A stretch of DNA of 64,000 nt. Source: Ministeria vibrans ATCC 50519 (taxonomy: Eukaryota > Protista > Filasterea). Shown here piece after piece: positions 12,543 to 24,619 of this stretch. Numbering within the stretch: position 1 is the stretch's first letter; the number at the start of each line of letters is the position of its first letter. A program made the translations under genes and the position numbers. The notes under the pieces were generated by a model. The model was given only the letters and a program-made list of their open reading frames with translations. It was not told where the DNA came from and ran no database searches. The stretch spans positions 155,165-219,164 of the forward strand of contig CALSCP010000945.1 of the NCBI GenBank assembly GCA_943704425.1. Reading direction: 5' to 3'.

Positions 12543-14297
12543 ATGCCCGCCCTCCTACGTCTCGTGCGCCCACTTCTTGCACGAGCAGTACCGAGTTCGG
12601 CGACTCGCTGTTTGTCGTCGGAGTCGTTTGCGTCGCGCTTTTCATTCTGGTCGACAAGTCGCGAGAAAGAAGTACGAAATCAAGTCAACCGTGAGCCAAG
12701 CGCCATTGCGGCCGCTCTCCTCCCTGCTTCGGGGGCGCGACCTCTCTGCGTTGTGTTTGACACGCGTGTGGTCTCCGTAGGCGGACCGTCACCTCGTCTC
12801 GGCGGTGCTGTCGTCCAATGTGGCCAACACCCAAGTGGCCCTTGACGCGGGCGCCAATCCCAACACGACCACCGTGCTGGTGGAGGACGGCGTCGAAAAC
12901 GACATCCCTCTGCTTGCCTACACTATGTATCAGATGGAGGCGGTACGCCGCTTGCTACAGAGTGCTTCTCATTCGCCATTGCTCACACACCGCATCTCTT
13001 GTAGGTTGCCGACCGTGCAACCGAATTTTCGCAATGGGAAATCATCAACGCCCTTCTGCGTGGCGGTGCGGGTATCCACGACCCGGATAGCACCTACTTG
13101 TGGCGTAACAGCGACATGACCCGCAATGCGACGACGCCTCTTGTAGCAGCCATAGCAATGGAGGATTCCTCTCTCATCCGCACTCTCTTGACCTCCTGCG
13201 GCCATCGCCTCTGCCTCAACACCTCCGAATTCGAAGTGTCAAGTGATCCACCGGTATAAGAACATATGCATGTGTACAACAAGACCAACACCACGGTGTG
13301 TACATCACAGGGCTCAGGGCCTCCAATCCGAGTGATGCCTCCCATGTACTATGCGTTGGTGAAGCCCCCTACCAACCCCCAGTCGTACAAGATTATGCTC
13401 CACACTCTCCAGTCCTTTGGTGGTCACTCTCGGTATGTATTCTTTTGTGTTTGTTCTCTTCGTTTCTCTTGTGCATTGCATTTGTTTTGTGCGCTTCAAT
13501 CTCTCGTCGTTTGTCCGTGTTTTGTTTAATTTATCTCCCGCGCCTCAAGAACACCTCACACATGTATATCAACGTAGTCTTGTTGAAGGGGAGCTGCTGT
13601 CGCCTCCTGCGCGTCGTCGCTCGTTCCACTTTTCCGACGAACACAACTTGTTCACGCCCATCAAGCGCTTTCTCGCTGACTTCACCTGCATGATGCGTGT
13701 TGAGCGCCATCGTGCTCTTGCCCTCAGCACGCCCTTTCGTCTGCTCTCCGCCCCCAATATGATCTTCGTTGGCAACCCCGGGACAGGTACTGGAATGCCA
13801 TACTGTCTCCTTTTTTTAACACTGCCTCTCCTCTCCCTCAGGCAAGACACGACTGGCCATGCTCGTTGCCGATATTCTTCATGAGGCGTCGTGTGCCGGC
13901 CCCACCGGCACCTCCACTGTGTCGGCTCCCGGTGCGCTCACGCTCGATGCTTCTTATCTGCTTCATCTCTATGCCCGCTCGGAAATGATTAAGTTTCTCC
14001 GCAAACACGCAACACATGGTGTTGTCTTCATTGGTATGCCCTACGCAAGTCTACTCTGGCACACACACGCATACACGCACTAATACTTTGCTTTTTTATT
14101 TTCTCTCTTCCCTCTTTTTCTCATTCCCTCACTGTTTTCTTTCTCTCTCATTGTTTCCGGTCACTTTGTTTTTTTTCTCTCTTCTTCTTTTATTTGTTTT
14201 TTCTCTCTCCCCTCTCTTCTTTTATTTGTTTCTTTTTTTCTCCCTCTTCTCTCTCTCTCTGTCTGTCTCTCTCTCTCTCTATCACTTTGTTTTTTTC

Positions 14298-14356
<59 letters not shown>

Positions 14357-14872
14357 TTTTTTAGATGACGCCGCGCTACTAATCAATCACCCGACGTTTG
14401 GCAGTCAGCCCATGTATGCGCTATTGCGTGCCACTGAGCACCCCTCCCACCCAGTCGGCACCACTACCACTCCCAGCAGCAAAGAGTCCGTTTCTTATTT
14501 TCCGTTTTCCCGATTGCCTTCTCACTAAATTTTGCTCTCTTCTCCGTGTAGTTCTCCCTCACCTGTGGTCATTCTCGGTCTCCACCACTCCGACATGGCC
14601 GCTCTTACCTCTACAGTGCCCTCTTGGCCTTCTCGCTTTCCTATCCGCCTTGATCTTCCCGACTGGACCGCAAGGCATGATCACCTATCACTTTGTTCTT
14701 TCTCTCTTCTTTCTCTCTGTCATTTTGTTTTTTCTCTCTCACTTCTTTCTCTCTCCTTTTCTTTATTACCTTGTTTTTTCTCCCTCTTCTCTCTCTCTCT
14801 CTTTATCACTTTGTTTTTTATCCTCTTCTCACTTTGTTTTTTATTCTCTCACTTTGTTTCTTTCTCTCTTCC

Positions 14873-14926
<54 letters not shown>

Positions 14927-14972
14927 TACTTTGTTTCTTTCTCCCTCCTTTCTCTCTCTCTATATATATATA

Positions 14973-15003
<31 letters not shown>

Positions 15004-15149
15004 ACTTTGTTTCTTTCTCCCTCCTTTCTCTCTCTCTCTCTCTCTCTCTATTACTTTGTTTCTTTCTCCCTCCTTTCTCTCTCTCTCTTTCTCTTTCTCT
15101 CTCTCTCTCTGTCTATTTCTCTTTCTCTCTCTCTCTCTCTCTCTCTATT

Positions 15150-15188
<39 letters not shown>

Positions 15189-15268
15189 ATTTCTCTTTCT
15201 CTCTCTCTCTGTCTATTTCTCTATCTCTCTCTCTCTCTCTTTTTCTTTCTTTTTCTCTCTCTCTCTCT

Positions 15269-15300
<32 letters not shown>

Positions 15301-16528
15301 TTATCTTTCTCTCTCTTTCTCTCTCTTCTTTCTTTCTCTCTTTGTCTGATTACCTTCTCTTTCGTGCCGTAGCATGATTGCCTCCCTTGTCAAGACGCTT
15401 GTCGATGAGCGCGGTCTGCGCTTCTGCTCCACCATCAACCTTGAATCTGTCATTCAGAAACAGCTATTGGATATTGACAACCGGTAAGTGATGAATGTTG
15501 AGGCGACTTTGTCGATGGTCGGATATCCTGACCAGCGTCTGTTCCCTTATTGTAGCAAGGCCAATGCGTACTTTGCGCATGCGTTTATGAATCGCGTTGT
15601 CATGAACCAAGCCCTTCGTCTCACACGCGATTGTAGCCCTGACTCGCTTGATACGTGCGACCCAAAATCCCTTGAGAAGCTCACGGCCGATCAACTCGGC
15701 CTTATCACCAACGACGACTGTGCCCTTTCTTCTTCCTCCTCCGCCTCCTCCTCTTTCTCCGACACACCTCTCTCTTCTTCTTCCACACCAACTCTCACTT
15801 TGCAGTCTCAGTCCCTTCTCGTGGAACGCATTAATCATCTTATTCAAGTGCCTCACTTTAAGTCCTTTGCGCGTGCCTGCGTCTCCGGTGCCTTCGCCGA
15901 CGACTCTACTCGACACGATGTTGCTATTGCCGCCCGCATTGTCATTTTTGAAGGTACACTGCATCTGCAGGATGTTTTACTTATAAGCACATAATTAATT
16001 GCAGGTGACCAGGGGAGTGGACGACGCACTGCTGCACGACTGTTAGCATATGTGCTGCATGGGGCTGGTATTCTCCGTACGGCTCGTGTGGTGGAAACGG
16101 CGCGTGCCACCGGAACGAGGGTTGCAGACGCGGCTGGTGGAGTGTTGCTTGTGGACTCCGGCAGTGGTGAGGCGGCTGCTGTTGAGCACGCCGCTGTGTG
16201 CTCGGTATCTGCTGGTGAGACAAGTTTGTTTGTCGTGTCGCCTTCGGCGGAAGCAACAGATCGAATCTTCCAAGATTGCCCGCGCCTTCTCGCCTCGGCA
16301 ACGCGTCTTCCTTTTGAGTCCCTCGACGAAGAGGGTCGGAGTGAGCTCGCGCGGCGGCTCACTCAGGCCCATCCCGTGCGCGACCCGGAGCACAATGGGA
16401 AACAGTATGTGGCACGCGCTCTCGACGAGGCCGTGCGAAATTGCGCCAATGCATCGCAGGTCGAAAGCGCCGTGCGACTCGTGCGTATTGAGTTGAACGG
16501 AGCCGATCCTGTAATCACGTTGGAGTGA
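12543..16528 (+). CDS. CbbX/SpoVK-like AAA+ protein with ankyrin-like N-region, putative mitochondrial presequence and a second degenerate AAA domain; multi-exon
   Basis: NMIFVGNPGT|GKTR Walker A across an intron; GVVFI|DDA Walker B; PVVILG...PSRFPIRLDLPDWT; second copy IVIFEG|DQGSGRRTAARLLAYVLHGAGIL. N-terminus MPALLRLVRPLLARAVPSSATRCLSS; ALDAGANPN is ankyrin-like. Confidence 0.7.
14650..15350. repeat. Compound (CT)n/(AT)n and TATCACTTTGTTT minisatellite in an intron
   Basis: Directly visible; the same unit recurs in other introns. Confidence 0.9.
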
Positions 16529-16659
16529 AACTGTACAAATATTTGAAAAGAAGTANNNNNNACAGGGTTCCGGGTTTATTAGTAACCCTTGAATTATCAC
16601 TGTTGTCATAATTATGGGGAAAATATGGCAGTCGACGTAAGAAGGAAAGAACAAGAACA

Positions 16660-16762
16660 AGGAATACAACCCATTTATCAATGAGACACAGCCAAACCAC
16701 CTTGCAAACTCAACCAAAACTCTAGAGGGGGCTTAGGGCTCTGACATCAAAGGTGTCTGTCA
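16660..16762 (+). repeat. Dispersed repeat, shortened copy of 39412-39618
   Basis: Shared blocks ATACAACCCATTTAT, GACACAGCCA.ACC.CCTTGCAAACTC.ACC.AAACTCTAGAGG, GGCTTAGGGCTCTGACA, AAGGTGTCTGTC. Confidence 0.75.
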
Positions 16763-18284
16763 TAATGTTGTTCGAACGCGATAAAATAATAATAATAATT
16801 ATTATTCTTCTGTTTGGTGTAAATATAACTGAAACGTTATCTTTTCTAACCCTTATGAAGTCTTTTCGCAACCCGTTACTCAGCTGAGTGTGCTGAGTGC
16901 TGACAGTATGTGATGTTCAGTCGTTTGAACAGAGAATGAAAAGGACTTGCGCGGTTCTGCGAAGGGAAATATTATTTATTTGTAAACGTCGGCGAAAAGA
17001 AAAAAGAACACATCTTCGTCGCCCAACCACCATTTTTGCCTGTGTAAACTTCCGATCCCAAATGTTCTCAGAATGTGCTGAAAATCACTTTAGCAAGGAG
17101 CGTTTAAAAGTGATCGAACTCGTCATGCTGTAGCAAAATAAATGGTAGCATAATTGAGTATTATGAATTATCCATTATTTTTGTTGCTCTGTCAAATTGA
17201 CCCTTGCAAACGTTTGAGTCTTTAATAGTAAGTGCAACTGTGCAGGTGATGTGTTGTCACGATTGTGCCCAACTTATGTGTGGTTGCGCTCGTTGTATCT
17301 GATTTTTTTCCTTTGAGTGTTCCCCGTTTGTGGTTGGCGTGTTTTTTTGAAGTTTTTTTCGGGTTTTTTTTGAGAACAAAGTCTGTATCCTTGTTTCTTC
17401 GGTGACGTCGGTGGTTGGTGTTGATGTTTATCAGTTTGCGTAAGTTGGCAGTGACTGATGTGGTCGGTATCTCGCCAGTATTTTTTCTGTCACAACGAGG
17501 TCAAAAAAAAAGAAGAAAAAAATCCAAAAAAAAAAAGGTTGTAAAAAGGTCAAAGCAATTGCATACACCGCTTTCTTTGTTGAAATCGGTGGTCACGGTT
17601 GGTAATTGTCAGTTTACATCGTTTGCAACGGCGGTTATTGTCCGTATCAATCTTAATTCTCTTTTTTTCGTTTCGTTGATAAGAAATATAAGCGAAGAAA
17701 GAACGAAGAAAAACTTCAGAAAAATCCCTTTGAGACGGTCGGCGGCGTATTCGCCCCACACCACTCGCTACTTGGTGTATGTGTTGTATGATAGCTTAAA
17801 CGGGGTTGGTACTTACAATAAGTGCCGTGTGCGCCAGTGGAGACGCTTGTCTGTTTATTGTTGATCGATCGTTGAATGACCGTTCCCCTCTCCGACCCCC
17901 CCTTGGTTTCAAAAAGCCGATATTATGCCAGTACACCTTCTATTGTTTTTGTGGGTTGCAATAGCTTGGTCTCTGCTGAGTAGCGTTCGCCCAACGCGAT
18001 TAGACGTTCATTAGACGTCTTCACATTGATAATTGTTTTTGTAGCCTATTAATAATTATAATTATTTAACGCTCCCTTCTCTGGCCTGCCTGCTTTCCTG
18101 TTCCTCCCTTTTGCCTTCGTTTTTTTATGTTTTCGACAGTGTGTTACTCTTGCGATGACTCAGTTGCAGGTCTTCTCCGCACTTGATACACCCGAGTTGG
18201 ACTTCAAAGCACATTTTCTTCCACCCATGACGATTATATTGTCTTATTTACTACCGGTTCTCTTTCTCTCTCTCTCTGTACAGA

Positions 18285-18866
18285 ATGAAGATTGCTACTC
18301 TCCTTTTTGTTGCTGGCTGTGCTGTGGTCACCAATGCTGCATTTTCTCGCTGTCGCCTCGAGGTAATACAATGGTTTTTGTTGTTGTATAAAAATGACTC
18401 TCCCCAAGAGAGAATGAAGTCAGTGTGTTTTCAGTATACGGGAGTATAGTACTCCGTAGTTTCAATTAAACTGTCGCTCTCTGTACTTCTGTTCTCGCCC
18501 TCTTGTGTTTAGACATATTGCACCGGCGGTGCTATGGGGTTCCAAGACTTTCCCACCACCTCCGCCACTGCGTATGGTCGCGGCAAGTGCACGGAGCTCT
18601 CGTCAGGCAACGCGTTTTGCTTCATCGACCTGTATTCTACCTCCAGCACCTACACGACATGGATCGTTCAGGAAGGCGCTACGGAGCCCAACGACATCTT
18701 TGAGATTCGAGTCACTCCCACTTCTTGCAGCTTTTTTGAGGAGCAACACTCGACGACCGCAAACAGTGATCAAGTTGTCGTTGTAGGCGACGTGACGGAC
18801 GCGAATGGCGCGTTTATTACGAGCAAGTGCGTTGTTTTGTCCCTCAAGGAAACTATTGTCGTCTAA
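18285..18866 (+). CDS. Small secreted Cys-containing protein (about 144 aa, 2 exons), family unknown
   Basis: Exon 1 MKIATLLFVAGCAVVTNAAFSRCRLE resembles a signal peptide and splices in phase 0 (gtaata...tttag) to TYCTGGAMGFQDF..., in frame with ORF 18534-18866. Confidence 0.65.
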
Positions 18867-19184
18867 TTTAACGCAATAAAGAATCCAAATCAAAGCGGAT
18901 TACGATCAGCCGAGACCAAGTAGACTACAAGAAGATTATTAAGTGCCTTTTCAAGCTGGTGGTAAATATATATTATTATTTTTGGTGGTAAATAATTGTT
19001 CGTTGATAAGTGAACGTACTGAGTAAGCCTCTTTCACTCCTCGGGTCCTATCTGCAGACTACAAGAGCAAAATTGGACTTTTACGCTGTTTTTTTATTAC
19101 AACGCTACCTATTTGCCGATTGAGAAGACCCAAGGCACCCATCCCTCTCACCCCACAATCCGCACTCGGAGGGGGGGTTTAAAA

Positions 19185-20150
19185 AAACAACTTTCAAGCA
19201 ACCTTTCATTGATACAAGCCAACACTAGACTCCCAGACGATATTGCAAAACTGCGTGTCAATAGCAACCCTGCACGCCCAAGAAGACTCAAGGCACCCAT
19301 CCCTCTCATCCTCCAGCCCACACTTAGGCTGTTGGGTAAGAGTTTTACAAGTTATTTTTCTCTCTCTGCAACACACTCTAGAAACCGTAAACAAAATCAA
19401 AACAAAAACAAAACATCACTCCTCCTCATGCGGGAACTAATCCAGCCGTGGAGGGACGTCACGAAGTGCCGTAACGCGTAGTGGCTCTCACTCACTCACT
19501 CACTCACTCTCGCTCTCTCTCACTCTCAGTTGTTGTCATTCATGTGAGCGTCGTCGCCCCCATTGTTGCCTGTCTTGATGCGGTTCTGGTACCACTCCTG
19601 CGCACCTTTAACCGCTTCAGCCGTCGCTTTCTTCAGCCTCTTCCACTTGCTCCTAGGGCACTTCTGTTTGACTCTCATCTCCCAGTAACCCGTCGCCAGT
19701 CTGATCGCTGACTGTGCACTGACTGCCCTCAGCAGCTCCGCTTTGTCCATCAAGTCCATTTGCCATCGTTGGCTTGTACAATGAAGCTCAAATTTGCCCT
19801 AGGACTTCCAAAACAAAAACAAAAAAAACAAAATTTGCCATCGTTGGATTTTCTCCCTCACTTTCTTCAGTGGGCGCCCCTTCGGCACAGGACTCTTTCT
19901 CACCGTCGGCCCCCTTGCAACTGAGCAGGTGATCCGTTGACTCCACAACGCCGTCGTCACATCTCATGCACAACGTGCCAGTGTCGTCCTCGGCCGTCGC
20001 CACCCCATATCCTCTCCTCTTGTCCACCTCTTTGCATTTGAGTAGCCCCACCACCGCTCGTACAGCAAACCTTCGTCTTGCAAACGAAACGCCTTTGCAC
20101 AGCTGTGCAAATCCGCACTCGGGTGATCGATCGATCAGTCTCACTGCCGA
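19185..20150 (-). mobile_element. Degenerate non-LTR (LINE-like) retroelement 3' fragment
   Basis: CMRCDDGVVESTDHLLSC matches the C-terminal Cys-His motif of LINE ORF2. Its downstream part is duplicated at about 20900-21520, and a diverged inverted copy lies at 20445-20580. Confidence 0.6.
19773..19832 (+). mobile_element. 60-bp A-tailed retroposed insertion flanked by a 15-bp target-site duplication
   Basis: ATTTGCCATCGTTGG at 19758-19772 and 19833-19847 flanks CTTGTACAATGAAGCT...CCCTAGGACTTCC plus an A-rich tail. The same tail occurs at about 21777-21818 and inverted at about 20716-20764. Confidence 0.75.
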
Positions 20151-20899
20151 TTGAGGGTTAGGGTTAGGTCAATACAACGTCNNNNNTAGGGTTAGGTCAA
20201 TACAACGCGCACAAAATAAGCCGTTTCAGATTAGGCTGTGAATTAAACTATTTATGTTTTGTTTTTCGCATATTATGTTAGTTGTAAACAATAACATATT
20301 TCATTGCATTTGTCATGCGAAAAATATACAATATTATGCTTTAGAAACAGTAGATAACAGGCAAAAGTATTAACATGTTTACATAATCACACGTCTGCGA
20401 GCGAACGAATTCAGACTGGTGTTTCATTTGGTTAATTAAAGGAGGCGGTCTGCAGTGCGAGCAGTGCTGGAACTACTCGAATGCAAGGAAGTCGGCATCC
20501 ACGGCACCACGACGGCAAAGGATGACACTGGAAAAACGTGGACGAGGCGTGATGAGGGCTTTGTGGAGACGAAATCAGCGGCGGCAAGGGACTACTTGAC
20601 AGTGAGAATGAATACTGCTGATGGACAGAGCCAAACTGATCAGGGTAATTAGTGCTCAATTGGCAGTGCGATTGACCACGGGCTACTTACCAGGCGACGG
20701 GAATCAAGCAGTTGGTTTTTTTTTCTTCGTCTTTGGAAGTCCTCGGGCATAAGCTTTGTACAAGACAATCAAACCATTTGAAACGGCTGCTTTTTTGCAT
20801 GCAGACCCAGGCTAGTGAACAGCTCCGCAGCTGGAGATGCATCCTGGTTTTAAACTAAACATCTCACACTCAAAAAAGGAAGAAGAGAAAGTTTTTTTT

Positions 20900-21520
20900 T
20901 TCAAACTTTCAGGTAACCTTTCATTGATACAAGCCAACACAAGACTCCCAGACGATATTACAAAACTGCGTGTCAATAGCAACCCTGCACGCCCAAGAAG
21001 ACCCAAGGCACCCATCCCTCTCATCCTCCAGCCCACACTTAGGCTGTTGGGTAAGAGTTCTACAAGTTATTTTTCTCTCTCTGCAACACACTCTAGAAAA
21101 CGTAAACAAAAACAAAACAAAAACAAACATCACTCCTCCTCATGCGGGAACTAATCCAGCCGTGGAGGGACGTCACGAAGTGCCGTAACGCGTAGTGGCT
21201 CTCACTCACTCACTCACTCACTCTCGCTCTCTCTCACTCTCAGTTGTTGTCATTCATGTGAGCGTCGTCGCCCCCATTGTTGCCTGTCTTGATGCGGTTC
21301 TGATNNNNNNNTAGTGGCTCTCACTCACTCACTCACTCACTCTCGCTCTCTCTCACTCTCAGTTGTTGTCATTCATGTGAGCGTCGTCGCCCCCATTGTT
21401 GCCTGTCTTGATGCGGTTCTGGTACCACTCCTGCGCACCTTTAACCGCTTCAGTCGTCGCCTTCTTCAGCCTCTTTCACTTGCTCCTAGGGCACTTCTGT
21501 TTGACTCCCATCTCCCAGTA
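20900..21520 (-). repeat. Second copy of the retroelement 3' region (direct repeat of about 19190-19690)
   Basis: Near-identical sequence with scattered substitutions. Confidence 0.85.
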
Positions 21521-22395
21521 AGAAGAGAAAGCAGGAAGAAAAAAAAGAGTAAGAAAGGGAGGAAAGAAAAGAAAAATAGCAATAATCAGCGACCCATGCA
21601 CGTTGGTGCCGCTACCACTATCTGTGGTGCTCACACGCCGTCTCAAGGCACTGCCTCACGGCCGCTGCAGCATTTTTGTGGGCGTAGGCCGGGATGCGGT
21701 GCGTCATGGCCGACAACCAACAATATCGGACACCAGGTTGCAGGGTGGGCTGATCATCGCAAGCATTTCTAATTGTCTAGTACAATGAAGCTTTTGCCCT
21801 AGGATTTCCAAAAAAAAGAACCTAACTGACCTTGATGATCGGCCCATGTGACGTCACTGAGTAAGTGAACGCCTCAGAGATGTCCAAATCCCTTTCGCAC
21901 ACGAGTTGTTGTTGGGCAGGACAACCAACGACAACAACTAAGAGAGAGTGTGTGTGTGTGCGAAAGAGAGTTGTAAAGTGATGCTTGTGGTTTTTTGTGT
22001 CCAAAGCGTGTTCCAGAGAGAGAAACAGAAAGAGCTTGTAGAAAAGTCTTTCTTTCTTACAGTATAAGTCGAGTGCGGATTGTCGGGTGAGTCAGATATC
22101 CTGGGTGACTTGAGTCTTATCAGTTAGCAATACTGCGATTGACATGCCGTAATGTAGTCAAAACTGAGAGTCTTATGTTAACTGGTTGTATATCAGTAAA
22201 AGAACTCCGGCGACGACTGAAGCTGTGATAACGCATAAAACATATAATTATTGTATTTTTTTTGCATGATTTCAATTTNNNNNNNAAGTCTTATGTTAAC
22301 TGGTTGTATATCAGTAAAAGAACTCCGGCGACGACTGAAGCTGTGATAACGCATAAAACATAATAATTATTGTATTTTTTTTGCATGATTTCAAT

Positions 22396-22953
22396 TTAAT
22401 CAACGCACACCTGTGCGTCCTGGTCAACACTGTCCAACTCAAAGCGCGAAACACGCTTCAGTATGTCTTCAACCGCCAGACTATCCGCGTCACTAGCGTG
22501 AATGAGTGAGTGGAAAGCACTAATGGCGCCCAGCGCTTTCGCAAGACGCCCCGAAGTGGCCACCGACAACATGCGTGTCTTGACCGAAAGGCCGTCAGGC
22601 ACGTAGGAAATAAAGACAGTCTTGGACCGATAGCCACCAGACTTGGTGCGGTACGTGAAGACGAGGACAGCAGCTCGGGACTCGTGGGGAGGCAGCGCTG
22701 ACACAAAATCATCATATGTCGCGTCCTTGCCGCCAATTTTCTCAACCTCGTACTCCTAAAGAAGGAACAGAAAGAGAGTGCGTGCTGTCAACACAAGCAC
22801 ACGCCAACCACCCGTGTCACACAAGAGTCCTACCGTCTTATCGGCTGATACAGAGTAGATAATATATCGATAGGGTTGGAGTTTGCCACGGTACGCATCG
22901 AGACATGCTTCTGTTGGCGCCGCAACGGGGATGATATCCATTGTGTGGGGCAT
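22396..22953 (-). CDS. ADF/cofilin-family actin-depolymerising protein (2 exons)
   Basis: YRYIIYSVSADKT|EYEVEKIGGKDATYDDFVSALP...SKTVFISYVPDGLSVKTRML; intron 22833-22756. Confidence 0.88.
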
Positions 22954-23651
22954 TATGTCCAAAGAGCGTAAAGTAGTACGTATACTAGAGTTGAAGAGAG
23001 AGAGTGGGTGAAAAAGAATGGTGAAATTATCAATACAGGCGGCCTTTTTATACAATAACACGAGTGCGACAAAGTGCGCACATACGCCCAAAGTCGCACA
23101 TCGCCGCCAGCTCGACCCGTCAATGGTCCGCCGATGACGACGCAAAAACACCAGCGTTGACGAGAATGACTTTATTAGCGTAAGCCATGACTTACTAGTG
23201 AGATTGGGGTTGTTTCGACGTACGTTGGGTTGGGCCAAGGGCAAAATGAAACGCAATTGTTTTTAACCGCTTCGACTGCCCGTTCGCAACCGTGCATTGA
23301 TACAAGTCAACAATAAGAGTATCAGTCTCAACTACATTTCAAATATGTGTTTTTTGGTCACAACAAGTACTACTGACTGAGAAGGCACTTATTGGGCCTT
23401 CGGAGAACGGCGGGGGCAGCATACTTCGCAAACCTTCCGCGAAAACAGGTTTCAAATTCTTGAACTGTACTCTGATCGTGAGCCAATAGACGACCGACTA
23501 CGGAGCGAACGTTGCTTATAACAATTAACACAGACCAGTATGACCCGAGACAAACTACAAAGAAAGAGAAGGTATCCTGTTTTTCTCAAAATAAAAAACG
23601 TCATAATAATTATTATTAGTAATAATAATAATTATTATTATTATTATTTTC

Positions 23652-23685
<34 letters not shown>

Positions 23686-23719
23686 TTTTAATCTTTCCTC
23701 AACAGAAACGTATAACAAA

Positions 23720-24424
23720 TTACGCTTGCCCACAAATACACTTGCGCTTGTTAAACTTTGCCATACACACACCGTCAATGCGAAAGTTGTGACGCGCTGC
23801 AACGCTTGTGCGTCGGGGCGCACCCGAGAGCCTCTGGACAGCTTGTGCCACGGCGTCCGGCTGCTCCACCACATATTTGCGGTAGAGCATGACGCTCCAG
23901 CGGGCATCTACTTCGGGATCGTGAGCACGCCCCACCTCGGCTGCCCCTGGAAGAAGCGTTTCCGCTGCGAGCGCCAGTGCAAAGTGGGTGTAACTGCCAT
24001 AGCGCGGGTTGTACATCCGAAAGGTGCTTGACAAGTCGTGCACGCGCTCGTAATGGACACCTTTCCGGAGCTCGAGCCATCCAATGTCGGAGTCTATGTT
24101 TTGACCCACGAGAAGAGTTCGAGGCGACATCAGGGCATAGACGCGAGCCTTGGCCTCGGCAAGGGTCGGGGCACTGTCCAAATCGCCGCGTTGTTGTCCT
24201 GTCTGCAGCGTCAGGTACGACACGACGGGCACGCTGGGCTTCACCATGCTCTTGTACAGGGTCTCTCCGGCTCCATTGACCACGGCAACCCACGAGACTA
24301 CTCTGTCATTATGTCCGCGGCCCGAGGCAACGCACTCCACGTCAACAGAAATTACATTCTTGAAAAACAACAAACAAACAACACAGTCAGTTTTCGTTCT
24401 TTGAAACACCTGTCTGACCTCCAT
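23720..24424 (-). CDS. DEDDh 3'-5' exonuclease (REX4/RNase T-like)
   Basis: SVDVECV (ExoI), LVGQNIDSD (ExoII), HDPEVDA (ExoIII); short first exon ME. Confidence 0.85.
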   Translation of the reverse strand: MEVRQVFQRTKTDCVVCLLFFKNVISVDVECVASGRGHNDRVVSWVAVVNGAGETLYKSMVKPSVPVVSYLTLQTGQQRGDLDSAPTLAEAKARVYALMSPRTLLVGQNIDSDIGWLELRKGVHYERVHDLSSTFRMYNPRYGSYTHFALALAAETLLPGAAEVGRAHDPEVDARWSVMLYRKYVVEQPDAVAQAVQRLSGAPRRTSVAARHNFRIDGVCMAKFNKRKCICGQA

Positions 24425-24619
24425 CACGTTTAGACTTGTTTAGTAGAAGACGATTAACAAAAAGCACCACGGTCCACGAAAGAAGACAAATTAAACTGAG
24501 GTTAGAATTTAAAACAAACAGGTTTTTTTTATGGGTGGAGTTGATTGAAGTGAAGTGGAGTTGAAAAAATGAATTACAATAATTAAATTTATTATTTTAA
24601 TTTTTTGTTTTGTTTGAAA

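Noticed and set aside
14532-15377. Long Ser-Leu or Arg-Glu ORFs (also 27947-28623, 46818-47357, 54587-55307)
   Set aside because: Translations of (CT)n/(GA)n intronic repeats.
19410-19490. Possible HDV-like ribozyme (CTCCTCCTCATGCGGGA...) in the retroelement repeat
   Set aside because: Could not build the P1/P2 double pseudoknot by eye; would need a covariance-model search.
22168-22396. Tandem duplications flanking short N gaps (also about 20160-20207 and 21192-21422)
   Set aside because: Identical sequence on both sides of a gap is the usual sign of unmerged overlapping contig ends.
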